Assembly (NCBI RefSeq): GCF_018350175.1
Contig: NC_058368.1
Coordinates: 208,756,001-208,820,000 of the forward strand
Direction of reading: 5' to 3'
Length of the DNA: 64,000 nt
From: Felis catus
Taxonomy: Eukaryota
Both the position numbers and the translations under genes were made by a program. The stretch's first letter is position 1. Every line of letters starts with the position of its first letter. The notes below the pieces were generated by a model. It was not told the DNA's origin, did not search any database, and saw nothing but the letters and a program-made list of their open reading frames with translations. This document shows positions 63,875-64,000 of this stretch, one piece after another.

Positions 63875-64000
63875 ACAAGTATTATCCCCCTTTATAGCTG
63901 AAGAAACCAAGACTTGGGAAATTAAACAATTTTTCCAAGTTACAAGACTAGTAAATGGCAAGGATTTGAGTGCAGAGAACCAGACCTAGAAGCTCCTCAC
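63875..64000 (-). mobile_element. MIR
   Basis: tattatcccc..tttatagctgaagaaacc...ccaagttaca..ctagtaaatggca..gatttga. Confidence 0.75.

Noticed and set aside
1..64000. A previously undescribed biological system (prokaryotic, viral coding or array-based)
   Set aside because: I saw no gene-dense, compositionally foreign or regularly spaced repeat-spacer segment. The recognisable structure is explained by known mammalian repeats and small local duplications.

Overview
Eukaryotic, non-coding mammalian DNA, almost certainly from a felid. It carries about 22 carnivore tRNA-derived SINEs of the feline SINEC_Fc type and a young felid-type L1 3' end. I found no recognisable protein-coding gene, RNA gene, CRISPR array or prokaryotic system. 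The ORF track consists of chance ORFs, SINE read-throughs and one LINE-1 ORF2 remnant. The window is a mosaic of old eutherian repeats (L2, MIR, L1M/HAL1, MaLR and ERVL LTRs, hAT MERs) overlaid with carnivore SINE, L1 and LTR insertions. L1 fragments lie almost all on the + strand, which suggests but does not prove an intron of a minus-strand gene. The most notable observations are small mechanistic footprints: a 34-bp locally templated insertion, a ~63-bp duplication around a tail-less SINE, a solo LTR with clean termini and TSD, repeated SINE insertion into one target site, and several motif-dense candidate enhancers. I see no support for a novel biological system. Repeat subfamily names come from recalled consensus sequences and boundaries of old elements are approximate; both need RepeatMasker/Dfam confirmation.
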